This document shows positions 51,168-60,274 of a DNA stretch of 64,000 nt, in pieces. The position numbers and the translations under genes are program-made. A model generated the notes under the pieces. The model was given only the letters and a program-made list of their open reading frames with translations, had not been told where the DNA came from and ran no database searches. How positions within the stretch are numbered: the stretch's first letter is position 1; each line of letters opens with the position of its first letter. This DNA is from Bacteroidales bacterium (lineage in GTDB: Bacteria > Bacteroidota > Bacteroidia > Bacteroidales > WCHB1-69). The stretch lies in contig JAEEQE010000009.1 of the NCBI GenBank assembly GCA_016285145.1, positions 13,304 through 77,303 on the forward strand, given 5' to 3'.

Positions 51168-52130
51168 ATGCCAAACTCGTTTTATCATTTTAACCCCAAA
51201 ACGCTCTCGTTTGAGAAAGTGAAGGTGAGCTTCAAGCACATCTTCAAGCGGTTAGTGTGGGTTTTCTTCAGCGGGGTGGCGTTTGCCGTGGTGTTCGTTT
51301 GGATTGCTTTTTATACGATAGATTCTCCAAAGGTGAAGATTTTGGAACGGGAGAACAACGAGTTGCGTGGGGAGGTGGAGAATCTGTCGCACCGCCTTGA
51401 CATACTTTCGGATGTGTTGGCCGACATTGAGGATCGTGATGACAATGTCTATCGCACGGTCTTTGAGGCTGATCCGGTGCCGGCATCCGAGCGGTATCCG
51501 CTTTTGTTGGCAGACCCGCGGTTTGACAGTCTGTCTCGTTCGGAGGCGTTTGCCGAGCTGAAGGAGGCCAATAAGAAGGCCGACCAGTTGGTGGTGCGGT
51601 TAGCGGCGCAATCGCGTTCGCTGTCGGAGTTGGAACAGATAGCCAGCAAGAAGTCCGACATGCTGAGTTCCATTCCGGCCATCCGCCCATTGAAGAACAT
51701 GCACACGATCACATCGGGTTTCGGGCGGCGTTATCATCCGATTTTAAAGACGTTGCGCGCCCATACGGGGGTGGACATCACGGCGCCCAAGGGCACGCCT
51801 GTGTATGCAACCGCCGACGGCACGGTGTCAGGCGAGAATCCGGGCAGCGGTTACGGTATCGCCGTACTCATCAACCATGGATATTCTTATCAAACGCTCT
51901 ATGCCCATCTTTCAAAAAAAGCAGTGAAACCCGGACAAAAGGTGAAACGAGGACAACTTATTGGGTATGTGGGTTCTACGGGTATGTCGTCCGGCTCCCA
52001 TCTCCATTATGAGGTGATTAAGAACGGCACCCCTGTGAATCCGGTCTATTATTTCAACGCCGACATCACACCGGAAGAGTACAATTCCATTTTGGAGTCC
52101 TCCAAGAAGGTCAATCAGGCATTGTCTTAA
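51168..52130 (+). CDS. M23 family metallopeptidase (membrane-anchored, coiled-coil)
   Basis: HTGVDITAPKGTPVYATADGTV and GSHLHYEV zinc-ligand motifs. N-terminal TM helix. Confidence 0.85.
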   Translation: MPNSFYHFNPKTLSFEKVKVSFKHIFKRLVWVFFSGVAFAVVFVWIAFYTIDSPKVKILERENNELRGEVENLSHRLDILSDVLADIEDRDDNVYRTVFEADPVPASERYPLLLADPRFDSLSRSEAFAELKEANKKADQLVVRLAAQSRSLSELEQIASKKSDMLSSIPAIRPLKNMHTITSGFGRRYHPILKTLRAHTGVDITAPKGTPVYATADGTVSGENPGSGYGIAVLINHGYSYQTLYAHLSKKAVKPGQKVKRGQLIGYVGSTGMSSGSHLHYEVIKNGTPVNPVYYFNADITPEEYNSILESSKKVNQALS

Positions 52131-52153
52131 TAATTATATAGTTTACAATAAAC

Positions 52154-53794
52154 ATGAGGAGATTGTGGTTTTGTCTGGTTTTGATGATGGTGGTGATGGC
52201 CGGTTGCAGACCGAAGTTTGATCATTCGGACAAGAAGATATTTCATTATAATGAGTCCAGTGGCATACAGTCGTTGGATCCGGCATATTCTTCGGGGCAG
52301 GCTACGCTCTGGCCCTGCAACCAACTCTATAACGGTCTGGTGGATCTGGATGATTCGCTGAATATTGTGCCCTCTATCGCCAAAAGCTGGACTCTTTCTG
52401 CGGACGGGATGACTTATACGTTCTTTTTGCGCGATGATGTGACGTTTCACAATACGAAAGAGTATCCGTTTGACAAACCCAGGAAGGTCACGGCGCAGGA
52501 TTTCGTCTATAGTTTTTCTCGTATTCTGGATCCTGAGGTGGCCTCGCCCGGGGCATGGATTTTCCAGAAAGTACGTCGCGATGCCGCTGGCAATCCTTGT
52601 TTCAAAGCATTGGATGATACAACGTTCCAAATACAATTGTCGGAAGCTTTCCCGCCATTTCTTGGGATTTTGACGATGAAATATTGTTCTGTAGTCCCGA
52701 AAGAGGTGGTGGAGCATTACGGAAAAGATTTCCGGAAACATCCCGTGGGTACAGGTCCCTTCCAATTCCAGCTATGGCAGGAAGGGGTGAAATTAGTGTT
52801 GCGCAAAAATCCCGACTACTTTGAGTGTGATGAGCAGGGTAACCGTTTGCCCTATATTGACGCAGTGGCGATCTCGTTCATTGTGGACAAACAATCTGTT
52901 TTCATGGAGTTTATGAAGGGCACTCTGGATTTTATGTCGGGTGTGGAGGCTTGTTACAAGGATGCACTGCTGACCAAGGACGGGAATCTCAATCCCGAGT
53001 ACAAAGGGAAAATACAGATGCTTACAGGGCCGTATCTGAATACGGAGTATTTGGGATTTATGTTAAAACCGGGTGATAAGTCTAATCCGTTGTTAGACAA
53101 GCGGGTGCGTCAGGCCATCAACTACGGCTTCGACCGAGTGAAAATGATGAAATATTTGCGTAACAATGTTGGTTATCCAGGTACGGCGGGTTTTGTGCCC
53201 CGGGGAATGCCTCCGTTTGATCCCGCCCGCACGGGAGGGTACGACTATAACCCCAGGAAGGCGGCTCAGTTGTTGGCCGAGGCTGGTTATCCCAACGGCA
53301 AGGGTCTGCCGCCTATCTCGGTGGCTGTGTCTGCCTCTTACGCCGATTTAGTGCAGTATATCCAACACGAGTTGGCTGACCTTGGCATCGAGCTGAAATT
53401 GGATGTGGTGCAGGGTGCCCAGCAGCGGGAAATGATGCGCAACTACCAGCTGCCCTTCTTCCGGGGTTCATGGATTTGCGACTACCCGGATGCGGAAAAT
53501 TATCTGGCCCTCTTCTATTCCAAGAATTTGCAGCCCGTGGGTTCCAATTACACCCATTATGTGAACCCGTCTTTCGATAAACTGTATGAAGCTTCTCAGC
53601 GTTGTACGGATGAGGTTAAACGTAATGACTATTATACCCGTATGGATGCAATGCTGATGGCCGATGCGCCGGTGGTGGTGCTTTACTACGACAAGGTGGT
53701 GCGCTTCACAAGAGCTAATATCAGTGGTTTGGGCACTAATCCTGTGAATATGCTGGATTTGAGAAGGGTGCGGATACTGGATGAAAAACAGTAG
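52154..53794 (+). CDS. ABC transporter substrate-binding protein, family 5 (peptide/nickel type) lipoprotein
   Basis: Lipobox LMMVVMAGC and SBP_bac_5-like core (SLDPAYSSGQ..., YNGLVDLD, PFQFQLWQEGVKLVLRKNPDYF). Confidence 0.75.
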   Translation: MRRLWFCLVLMMVVMAGCRPKFDHSDKKIFHYNESSGIQSLDPAYSSGQATLWPCNQLYNGLVDLDDSLNIVPSIAKSWTLSADGMTYTFFLRDDVTFHNTKEYPFDKPRKVTAQDFVYSFSRILDPEVASPGAWIFQKVRRDAAGNPCFKALDDTTFQIQLSEAFPPFLGILTMKYCSVVPKEVVEHYGKDFRKHPVGTGPFQFQLWQEGVKLVLRKNPDYFECDEQGNRLPYIDAVAISFIVDKQSVFMEFMKGTLDFMSGVEACYKDALLTKDGNLNPEYKGKIQMLTGPYLNTEYLGFMLKPGDKSNPLLDKRVRQAINYGFDRVKMMKYLRNNVGYPGTAGFVPRGMPPFDPARTGGYDYNPRKAAQLLAEAGYPNGKGLPPISVAVSASYADLVQYIQHELADLGIELKLDVVQGAQQREMMRNYQLPFFRGSWICDYPDAENYLALFYSKNLQPVGSNYTHYVNPSFDKLYEASQRCTDEVKRNDYYTRMDAMLMADAPVVVLYYDKVVRFTRANISGLGTNPVNMLDLRRVRILDEKQ

Positions 53795-53820
53795 TTTTTT
53801 CCTGCGGGGTTCCTTTTTTT

Positions 53821-53831
53821 CCGAAATTCGG
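53821..53831 (+). terminator. Short hairpin CCGAA-A-TTCGG followed by CTTTTTG
   Basis: 27 nt downstream of the stop at 53794, between T-tracts. Confidence 0.45.
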
Positions 53832-53941
53832 CTTTTTGTTTTAACAAATAGTTGTTAAAATATTCATACTGATTATTAAATAGCTAATAATCAAGGGCGA
53901 AAAATTTTGTTTTTACACTTGACAAGCGGTGGGTTATATTG

Positions 53942-53949
53942 TATCTTTG
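53942..53949 (+). promoter_or_regulatory. -7 promoter box (TATCTTTG)
   Basis: Exact TAnnTTTG, 28 nt upstream of ATG 53977. Confidence 0.55.
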
Positions 53950-53976
53950 CTGTGTTGAATTTTAAAAATAAATTAA

Positions 53977-54930
53977 ATGATCAGAGGTCCTATTAAGTAT
54001 TATAGTCCCATCACCGATGTTACGTTTCGTAAAATTTTCGGACAACACATTGACCTGGCCACGAGTCTCCTTAATGCTTTCCTGCCGTTAGAAGGAGGAC
54101 GAACCATAACATCTCTACATTACATCTCATCTGAGCTCATGCCTGAGACACCTGCTCGCAAGAACAGTATTGTGGATGTCTGTTGCGAGGATTCTTCCGG
54201 TTCCCAGTTTCTTGTGGAGATGCAGCTCAACTGGGCGGAAAGCTTTTACCAGCGGGTTCTTTTCAACACCTCAAAAGCTTATGTGAATCAACTTCAGAAG
54301 GGTGGCACGTATGATTTGCTACAACCTGTATATTCCTTGAATTTCGTCAATGGGAATAGCCATCCGGACATCGAGGAATGGTATCATCCTTATCGCATTG
54401 TTCACGAATATCATACTGACAGAGTACTCGAAGGACTTAAAATCGTGTTTGTTGAGATGGATAAATTTCAGAAGTTACAGAATAAAGGCTCTTCCAAGCG
54501 GGATCTATGGATGCGTTTTTTCACAGAAATGCAGGAAGAGACTCGCTTTCCGCCTTCTGATTTGCTTGCCGATTGCGACATTGCCAAGGCCATCGATCTA
54601 TTGGAGGCTATCAACTACAGCGATGCAGAACGTTACATCTATGACAAATATTGGGATGCTGTCAGCGTGGAGGCCACATGGATAAAAGTAGGCTTGAAGC
54701 AAGGAATGGAAGAGGGAAAGGAAATGGGGATGAAAGAGGGCATGGAGAAAGGCATGGAGAAAGGAATGGAAAAAGGAATGGAAAAAGGAATGGAAAAAGG
54801 AATAGAAAAAGGTCGTATAGAGGAACGTCGATTGCTCATACGGAATATGTTGGTTAACGGGATGAACCCAGCTGTTGTCGCCAAAATCGTAGGGGTAGAG
54901 GAAGGGGAAATATTGGCTATGGAGGTATAA
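53977..54930 (+). CDS. Rpn/YhgA-like PD-(D/E)XK recombination-promoting nuclease (putative transposase family)
   Basis: Typical N-terminus (PITDVTFRKIFG..LATSLLNAFLPL) and nuclease core IVDVCCEDSSGSQFLVEMQ (D...E.Q). C-terminal (G-M-E-K)n repeat. Confidence 0.75.
   Translation: MIRGPIKYYSPITDVTFRKIFGQHIDLATSLLNAFLPLEGGRTITSLHYISSELMPETPARKNSIVDVCCEDSSGSQFLVEMQLNWAESFYQRVLFNTSKAYVNQLQKGGTYDLLQPVYSLNFVNGNSHPDIEEWYHPYRIVHEYHTDRVLEGLKIVFVEMDKFQKLQNKGSSKRDLWMRFFTEMQEETRFPPSDLLADCDIAKAIDLLEAINYSDAERYIYDKYWDAVSVEATWIKVGLKQGMEEGKEMGMKEGMEKGMEKGMEKGMEKGMEKGIEKGRIEERRLLIRNMLVNGMNPAVVAKIVGVEEGEILAMEV
54703..54810 (+). repeat. In-frame 12-nt tandem repeat encoding (GMEK)n inside the Rpn-like gene
   Basis: Six clean units lie at 54739-54810 (GGCATGGAGAAA x2, GGAATGGAAAAA x3, GGAATAGAAAAA), preceded by three degenerate units. 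Confidence 0.9.
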
Positions 54931-54955
54931 GGAGTAGTGATGTTGGGGGTGATTC

Positions 54956-56521
54956 CTATTCGTCCGAGAAACTCTTGGTGGCGGTTATCGCGGTTTTGAG
55001 GCCATCGATGGCGGCGCTCATGATGCCGCCGGCATAACCGGCACCTTCGCCTATCGGGTAAATTCCCTTGACGGTGCATTGTCGGTCATCGCCACGTAGG
55101 ATGCGTACAGGCGAGGACGAACGGGTTTCCACACCGGTCAGGACCGCATCTGGGTCGGCAAAGCCATGCATTTTGTGGTCAAAGAGAGGCAGGGCCTCGT
55201 GGAGGGCGTGCACCACATAATCGGGCAGACAGCGGTTGAGGTCGCAAAAGACGATGCCGTGCGGATAGGAAGGTTGTACGCTGCGGTGGCCCGTGGCGAT
55301 GCGTTGTCGCAAAAACTCGCCCACAAGATTGCCGGGTGCGCGGTAGTCGCCGGCCACGTCAAAGGCCATACGTTCGTATTTCTCCTGATACAGCAGACCA
55401 TCCAGTGGATTATCCACATAATAGTCCTCCGGGGTCACGTTGACCAGCAAGGCGCTATTGGCGTTGGTCTTGTCGCGGAGGCGTTCGCTCATGCCATTGG
55501 TGACGATGGTGTGCGGCTCGCTGGCGGAAGCCATCACGGTGCCGCCGGGGCACATGCAGAAAGTATAGACGCTACGCTCTTTCAGGTGCACCACGCCCTT
55601 GTAGGATGCCGGTGGCAACAATCTGGCGGCGGCACCGTACTGCATCTTGTTGACACGTTGCTGGAGATGCTCGATGCGCACTCCCATGGAGAAAGGCTTG
55701 GGCTCCATCTGCAATCCATGGGCGTGCATCTGCCGGATGGTGTCCCGCGCTGAATGCCCCAACCCCAATAGAAGATGTTGTGTGTCAATGGGAGTCGGCG
55801 GGTCACAAACCAGTTGCAGATGGTCGCCCTCCTGCCGGAAGTCCAAAAAGGTGGTGTTGAAATGGAACTCTCCACCCAATGATTCTATTTCTAGCCGGAT
55901 GTTGCGGACCACTTTCTCCAAATAGTCGGTGCCCACATGCGGATTCTGCATATAAGTGACATCCTCATTGGCTCCATGTTTGTAAAACTCTTTGAGGATA
56001 AAGGTGTTGTATTCGCTGTGGACGTTAGTATTCAGTTTCCCGTCGGAGAAGGTGCCGGCACCGCCTTCGCCGAACTGCACGTTGGAATGGGCCTTCAGCA
56101 TTTTATGATTCAGGAAATCCGTCACGGATTTTTTACGTTCTTCAATCTTCTCGCCGCGTTCAAGGATGATGGGACGGGCTTGGCAGCGGGCGAGGTATAG
56201 GGCCGCGAACATTCCGGAGGGCCCAAAGCCGACTACAACAGGCCTGTGTGTGCCGCGCCATCGGGGGTAGTCAACCTCTATGGGTGGCTGCCATGCGGAT
56301 ACACCCGCTTGATTCATAAGGTGTTGATATTGATCGGGCAACGTGACCAATACTTGGTAATCGAAGAACACGTGGTCCCGCTTGCGAGCATCTGTGGCCT
56401 TCCGCACAATCCGAAAGTCGTTCAAGTCTTCCGCCCGTATGCCGAATTGCCGGACTATCGCATCCTCCAACCCGTTTTTACTGCCGACGGGAATCCGTAT
56501 GTTCGAGAGTTTTATTTGCAT
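54956..56521 (-). CDS. FAD-dependent oxidoreductase (COG2509-like uncharacterised dehydrogenase)
   Basis: Dinucleotide fold VVVGFGPSGMFAALYLA, C-terminal GIYPIGEGAGYAGGIMSAAIDG, and the N-terminal KRDHVFFDYQV beta-domain typical of this family. Confidence 0.7.
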   Translation of the reverse strand: MQIKLSNIRIPVGSKNGLEDAIVRQFGIRAEDLNDFRIVRKATDARKRDHVFFDYQVLVTLPDQYQHLMNQAGVSAWQPPIEVDYPRWRGTHRPVVVGFGPSGMFAALYLARCQARPIILERGEKIEERKKSVTDFLNHKMLKAHSNVQFGEGGAGTFSDGKLNTNVHSEYNTFILKEFYKHGANEDVTYMQNPHVGTDYLEKVVRNIRLEIESLGGEFHFNTTFLDFRQEGDHLQLVCDPPTPIDTQHLLLGLGHSARDTIRQMHAHGLQMEPKPFSMGVRIEHLQQRVNKMQYGAAARLLPPASYKGVVHLKERSVYTFCMCPGGTVMASASEPHTIVTNGMSERLRDKTNANSALLVNVTPEDYYVDNPLDGLLYQEKYERMAFDVAGDYRAPGNLVGEFLRQRIATGHRSVQPSYPHGIVFCDLNRCLPDYVVHALHEALPLFDHKMHGFADPDAVLTGVETRSSSPVRILRGDDRQCTVKGIYPIGEGAGYAGGIMSAAIDGLKTAITATKSFSDE

Positions 56522-57678
56522 GAAAATTCTAATGTTTTGTAAATGTTTCGGATGTGCGGTTCGTAAATCATCAGCACCACAATGTCGGGATTCACTTGTC
56601 GTATGATGTCGTAATTAGCTCCGTATTGCCATGCGTCGAAAATGAAAAGCGACTCATGGAAGTAGGGCGAGACAAATGGGATGATGTTGTTGCAATAAGA
56701 GTCTCGGATAAACAGAATCTTTGGATGGTCGGTGCGGTTGGTACGGAATTGTTTCTCATACGCGTCCGGGTAGGCAAACCCTTCAGTTGGGGTGAAATCC
56801 TGTTTGGTATCCTCTATAGAGGTAAAACCAAGAGTATCCGTGTAAAGTACGCTATATTCCTGATCTGCACGATATTTTGGCGAATTTCCCCGTATGGAGA
56901 TCCAAGAATAAAGATTGCCGCCGTCATAAACGTAAGGGCTAAGATAAAAATCCTGACAAATGGTTGTAGGCAGCATGGGATAATTCTTGGAGAGTGTATT
57001 CAGGATTTTTTCAGCACTATATTGAGCCGCAAGCATGTTCCAATGGTTGTCGTTTTTGCGGTAAAGCAACGTGTCCCCCTTATGCTTGAGCAGTGTGGAT
57101 TTGAGGTAGGTGAGAGGAACCTCTGGCGCCCGATCGCGCATCACCCTGCAAAATATATCTGTGGCCGTTTCTGGAGCTCGTTGCATGTAGGGCGGCAGGT
57201 ATTCCGGATGAATCTCATACGATGTGGGAGCGAGAAAAACGTAGTAACGGATGCCCATCTTCTGAAGAGTGTCGAAACGCCGTGCCAGCTCATCTGCCAC
57301 AATGGCCATCTGCTCCACTGTAAACTCCAATTTCCCTTCGAAAAGTTCTTTCTCTTCTTTACCACTGAAAAGGAAATCCTCTTTGCCGATAACAACGGAC
57401 TGCGTGGGCGACTGTTGGTTGAACATGGCGTAGAGGAAGTAAGCATCCAAAAAACGGTCGCGGAAAGGGAAATGGTCGTTGAAATAGTAGTCGAACTGGG
57501 CTGGGAATTTGTCCAAACGGGCCGGATTCAGGGATGGGAAAGAAGCCAAGGTCCTGTTCTCCCGTTGACTTTCTGTGGCATGACCACGTTGGCATATCAA
57601 CCAGAAAGCCGGGATGGTCAACATTCCCACGAAGAGAATGACAGTAAGAATAATATAGGGGTTTTGGCGCTCTTTCAT
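56512..57678 (-). CDS. AlgJ/AlgX-like SGNH-type accessory protein of the adjacent MBOAT
   Basis: N-terminal TM anchor, ENRTLASFP motif and DNHWN motif (KNDNHWNMLAAQY). Confidence 0.65.
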   Translation of the reverse strand: MKERQNPYIILTVILFVGMLTIPAFWLICQRGHATESQRENRTLASFPSLNPARLDKFPAQFDYYFNDHFPFRDRFLDAYFLYAMFNQQSPTQSVVIGKEDFLFSGKEEKELFEGKLEFTVEQMAIVADELARRFDTLQKMGIRYYVFLAPTSYEIHPEYLPPYMQRAPETATDIFCRVMRDRAPEVPLTYLKSTLLKHKGDTLLYRKNDNHWNMLAAQYSAEKILNTLSKNYPMLPTTICQDFYLSPYVYDGGNLYSWISIRGNSPKYRADQEYSVLYTDTLGFTSIEDTKQDFTPTEGFAYPDAYEKQFRTNRTDHPKILFIRDSYCNNIIPFVSPYFHESLFIFDAWQYGANYDIIRQVNPDIVVLMIYEPHIRNIYKTLEFSCK

Positions 57679-57680
57679 GG

Positions 57681-59117
57681 TTAGAATCGGAAATAGATGA
57701 AGGGATTATAACTGCCTGCCAACAGAAAACTGCTTACTGTCAGCAGCAGGAGTGCGATGGCGACGATTGTTCCGATATGCAGCAAATGCCAAAGAAGTTT
57801 GTTGCCTCTGGCGATGGCTGTCTGAATGACTTCATGAAAGCGGGCGAACAGCGGAGTGCATCCAACTACGCCTACAATGGTGAATAGGATGAACGAAGGC
57901 TGAAGGTATTGCTGCAAGAAAAGGCCGCTGCCTGAGCCGCCAGCGAAGGCGAACATCTGCCGCACATAGTGCAGCGCGTAGATGATTCCGTCGGCTCGGA
58001 AGAAAACCCAGGCTATGATCACCACAAACAATGCATACAGATGTTGCACAGACTTGAAGAGTTTACCCAAAATGCGGTCGAAACCGATGCGTTCCAGCAC
58101 CATGAAGGAGCCGTGAAGGAGTCCCCAAACGACAAAGGTCCAGTTGGCTCCATGCCAGAGACCTGTGAGGAAGAATACGATGTAAAGATTGAGGAAGGTG
58201 CGCTTTTCACCCTTTCGGTTTCCACCCAACGGGATGTAAAGATAATCCTTGAACCAGGCCGAGAGCGTGATGTGCCAGCGCCGCCAGAAATCACGGATGG
58301 AAGTGGCGAGGTATGGAAAATTGAAGTTCTCGGGGAACCGGAACCCGAACATCCGTCCCAATCCAATGGCCATGTCGGAATAGCCGGCGAAGTCGTGGTA
58401 GATTTGCAGCGAGTAGCAAAGAGCGCCAATCCAAAGCGCCCACCATGGCATGGTTTCCGGTGCGCGTGCGAAAATGCTATCGGCAATGATGGCCATTTGA
58501 TTTGCAATGAAAACCTTACGTGCCAATCCAATGCAGAAGCGCCGAATGCCCTCATACATGTTCCCGAAACTGAAATCACGGTTCGAAAGTTGCGGCTCGA
58601 TTTCATGGTAGCGAATGATAGGACCGGCTATAAGCTGCGGGAACAAGGCGATATAGGTGCCCAACTTGATGATATTGGCCTGCGCCTTTGCTTGACCCCG
58701 ATATACGTCCACCAGATAGGAGATGCCTTGAAAGGTGTAGAAGGAGATGCCGATGGGCAGGACTATGTTTCGAAGCGTGAAGGGTGAAATGCCGAACACA
58801 CCACCCAAGATGTTGAAGTTGTCCACCAGGAAGTTGGCGTATTTGAAGAATGCCAGTGCCGACAAATCCAATACAATGGCAAGGGAAAGCCACCATTTCC
58901 GATGCCTTTCACGACGAGCAATGAGCCGTCCTCCAACATAATTTACCAATATGGAGGCGAGAAGAATCAGGGTATATGTAACCCCGCCCCACGCGTAAAA
59001 AAGGATACTCGCAAAAAACAGGAGAGTGTTCTGATAGGGTACCCGCCGACATATTGCCAGCAGGCAGATAACAACAGGGAGAAATAGGAATAAGAAGGTC
59101 AGCGAGCTGAAAATCAT
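57681..59117 (-). CDS. MBOAT family O-acyltransferase (AlgI-like), copy 2
   Basis: MIFSSLTFLFLFLPV start, FWRRWHITLSAWFKDYLYIPLGGNR and the conserved His in GLWHGANW. Confidence 0.85.
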   Translation of the reverse strand: MIFSSLTFLFLFLPVVICLLAICRRVPYQNTLLFFASILFYAWGGVTYTLILLASILVNYVGGRLIARRERHRKWWLSLAIVLDLSALAFFKYANFLVDNFNILGGVFGISPFTLRNIVLPIGISFYTFQGISYLVDVYRGQAKAQANIIKLGTYIALFPQLIAGPIIRYHEIEPQLSNRDFSFGNMYEGIRRFCIGLARKVFIANQMAIIADSIFARAPETMPWWALWIGALCYSLQIYHDFAGYSDMAIGLGRMFGFRFPENFNFPYLATSIRDFWRRWHITLSAWFKDYLYIPLGGNRKGEKRTFLNLYIVFFLTGLWHGANWTFVVWGLLHGSFMVLERIGFDRILGKLFKSVQHLYALFVVIIAWVFFRADGIIYALHYVRQMFAFAGGSGSGLFLQQYLQPSFILFTIVGVVGCTPLFARFHEVIQTAIARGNKLLWHLLHIGTIVAIALLLLTVSSFLLAGSYNPFIYFRF

Positions 59118-59147
59118 CTTCCTGCAAGATTATGGACCATCGCCCGA

Positions 59148-60200
59148 CTATCGTCCCTCGTACATTTTCTTGTAGTAGTCCACGTAGGCACCGGAGGTCA
59201 CGTGTTTGAACCATTCTTCATTGGCCAAATACCAATCCACGGTTTTCTCAAAACCCTCATCGAACTTCACTTTTGGCTGCCAGCCCAACTCGTTTTTGAT
59301 CTTGGTGGGGTCGATGGCGTAGCGGAGGTCGTGGCCGGCACGATCGGTGACGTAGGTGATGAGGTTCAACGAGGTGCCTTCCGGACGGCCCAGCTTTCGG
59401 TCCATGATCTCAATCAGCTTCTTGATGAGATCGATGTTGCGCCATTCGTTGTTGCCGCCGATGTTATATGTGCTGCCCGGAGCGGCTTTGTGAAAGATGA
59501 GGTCAATGGCCTCGGCATGGTCCTCCACGTAGAGCCAGTCGCGAACGTTGATACCCTGCCCATACACGGGAAGCGGTTTGTTGTGTTTTATATTGTTGAT
59601 GAACAACGGGATAAGCTTTTCTGGAAATTGATATGGGCCATAGTTGTTAGAGCAGTTGCTGATGACGGTCGGCATTCCGTATGTATCGTGGTAGGCACGC
59701 ACGAAATGGTCGGCACTGGCCTTGGCGGCAGAGTAGGGACTATGCGGATTGTATGGAGTAGTCTCCTGGAACGCGCCCGTAGCGCCCAACGCTCCGTAAA
59801 CCTCATCCGTGGAAATCTGGTAGTATTTCTTGCCTTCCCAGTTGCCGTTCCAAATGGTGCGGGCGGCATTCAGCAGATGCACGGTGCCTAACACGTTGGT
59901 GTGCACGAAAGTCATCGGATCGGTGATGGAACGGTCCACATGCGATTCAGCAGCCAAGTGGATGACTCCGTCAAACTGGTACTCTTGAAAAAGTTTCATG
60001 ATGAAATCCTGGTCGGCAATGTCGCCTTTGATGAAATGATAGTTGGCCTTGCCTTCCACATCCGCCAAGTTTTCAAGATTTCCAGCGTAGGTGAGGTTGT
60101 CCAGATTATAAATGTCGTAATCGGGATATTTGTTGACAAAAAGTCTTACAACATGGGAGCCAATGAAACCGGCGCCTCCAGTGATCAGGATTTTTTTCAT
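59148..60200 (-). CDS. rfbB: dTDP-glucose 4,6-dehydratase
   Basis: MKKILITGGAGFIGSH, HLAAESHVDRS and YSAAKASADHFVRAY (YxxxK). The start was moved to ATG 60200. Confidence 0.9.
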   Translation of the reverse strand: MKKILITGGAGFIGSHVVRLFVNKYPDYDIYNLDNLTYAGNLENLADVEGKANYHFIKGDIADQDFIMKLFQEYQFDGVIHLAAESHVDRSITDPMTFVHTNVLGTVHLLNAARTIWNGNWEGKKYYQISTDEVYGALGATGAFQETTPYNPHSPYSAAKASADHFVRAYHDTYGMPTVISNCSNNYGPYQFPEKLIPLFINNIKHNKPLPVYGQGINVRDWLYVEDHAEAIDLIFHKAAPGSTYNIGGNNEWRNIDLIKKLIEIMDRKLGRPEGTSLNLITYVTDRAGHDLRYAIDPTKIKNELGWQPKVKFDEGFEKTVDWYLANEEWFKHVTSGAYVDYYKKMYEGR

Positions 60201-60236
60201 ATTAGGATGGTTTTTATTTACTTGATAAAATCGGGG

Positions 60237-60244
60237 CAAAAATA
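60237..60244 (-). promoter_or_regulatory. -7 promoter box (TATTTTTG on minus strand) for rfbB
   Basis: Exact TAnnTTTG, 37 nt upstream of ATG 60200. Confidence 0.5.
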
Positions 60245-60274
60245 CGAAAAAACAGGGAATCTACAGGATGTTTT

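Noticed and set aside
54703-54810. A regular short repeat array that might be mistaken for a CRISPR or VNTR locus.
   Set aside because: It has a 12-nt period with no spacers, and it is entirely in frame inside the Rpn-like CDS. It is a coding repeat.
53977-54930. Rpn/transposase-family gene as an active mobile element.
   Set aside because: I saw no flanking inverted repeats, no target-site duplication and no partner genes. The gene has its own ordinary promoter and sits between housekeeping-type genes.
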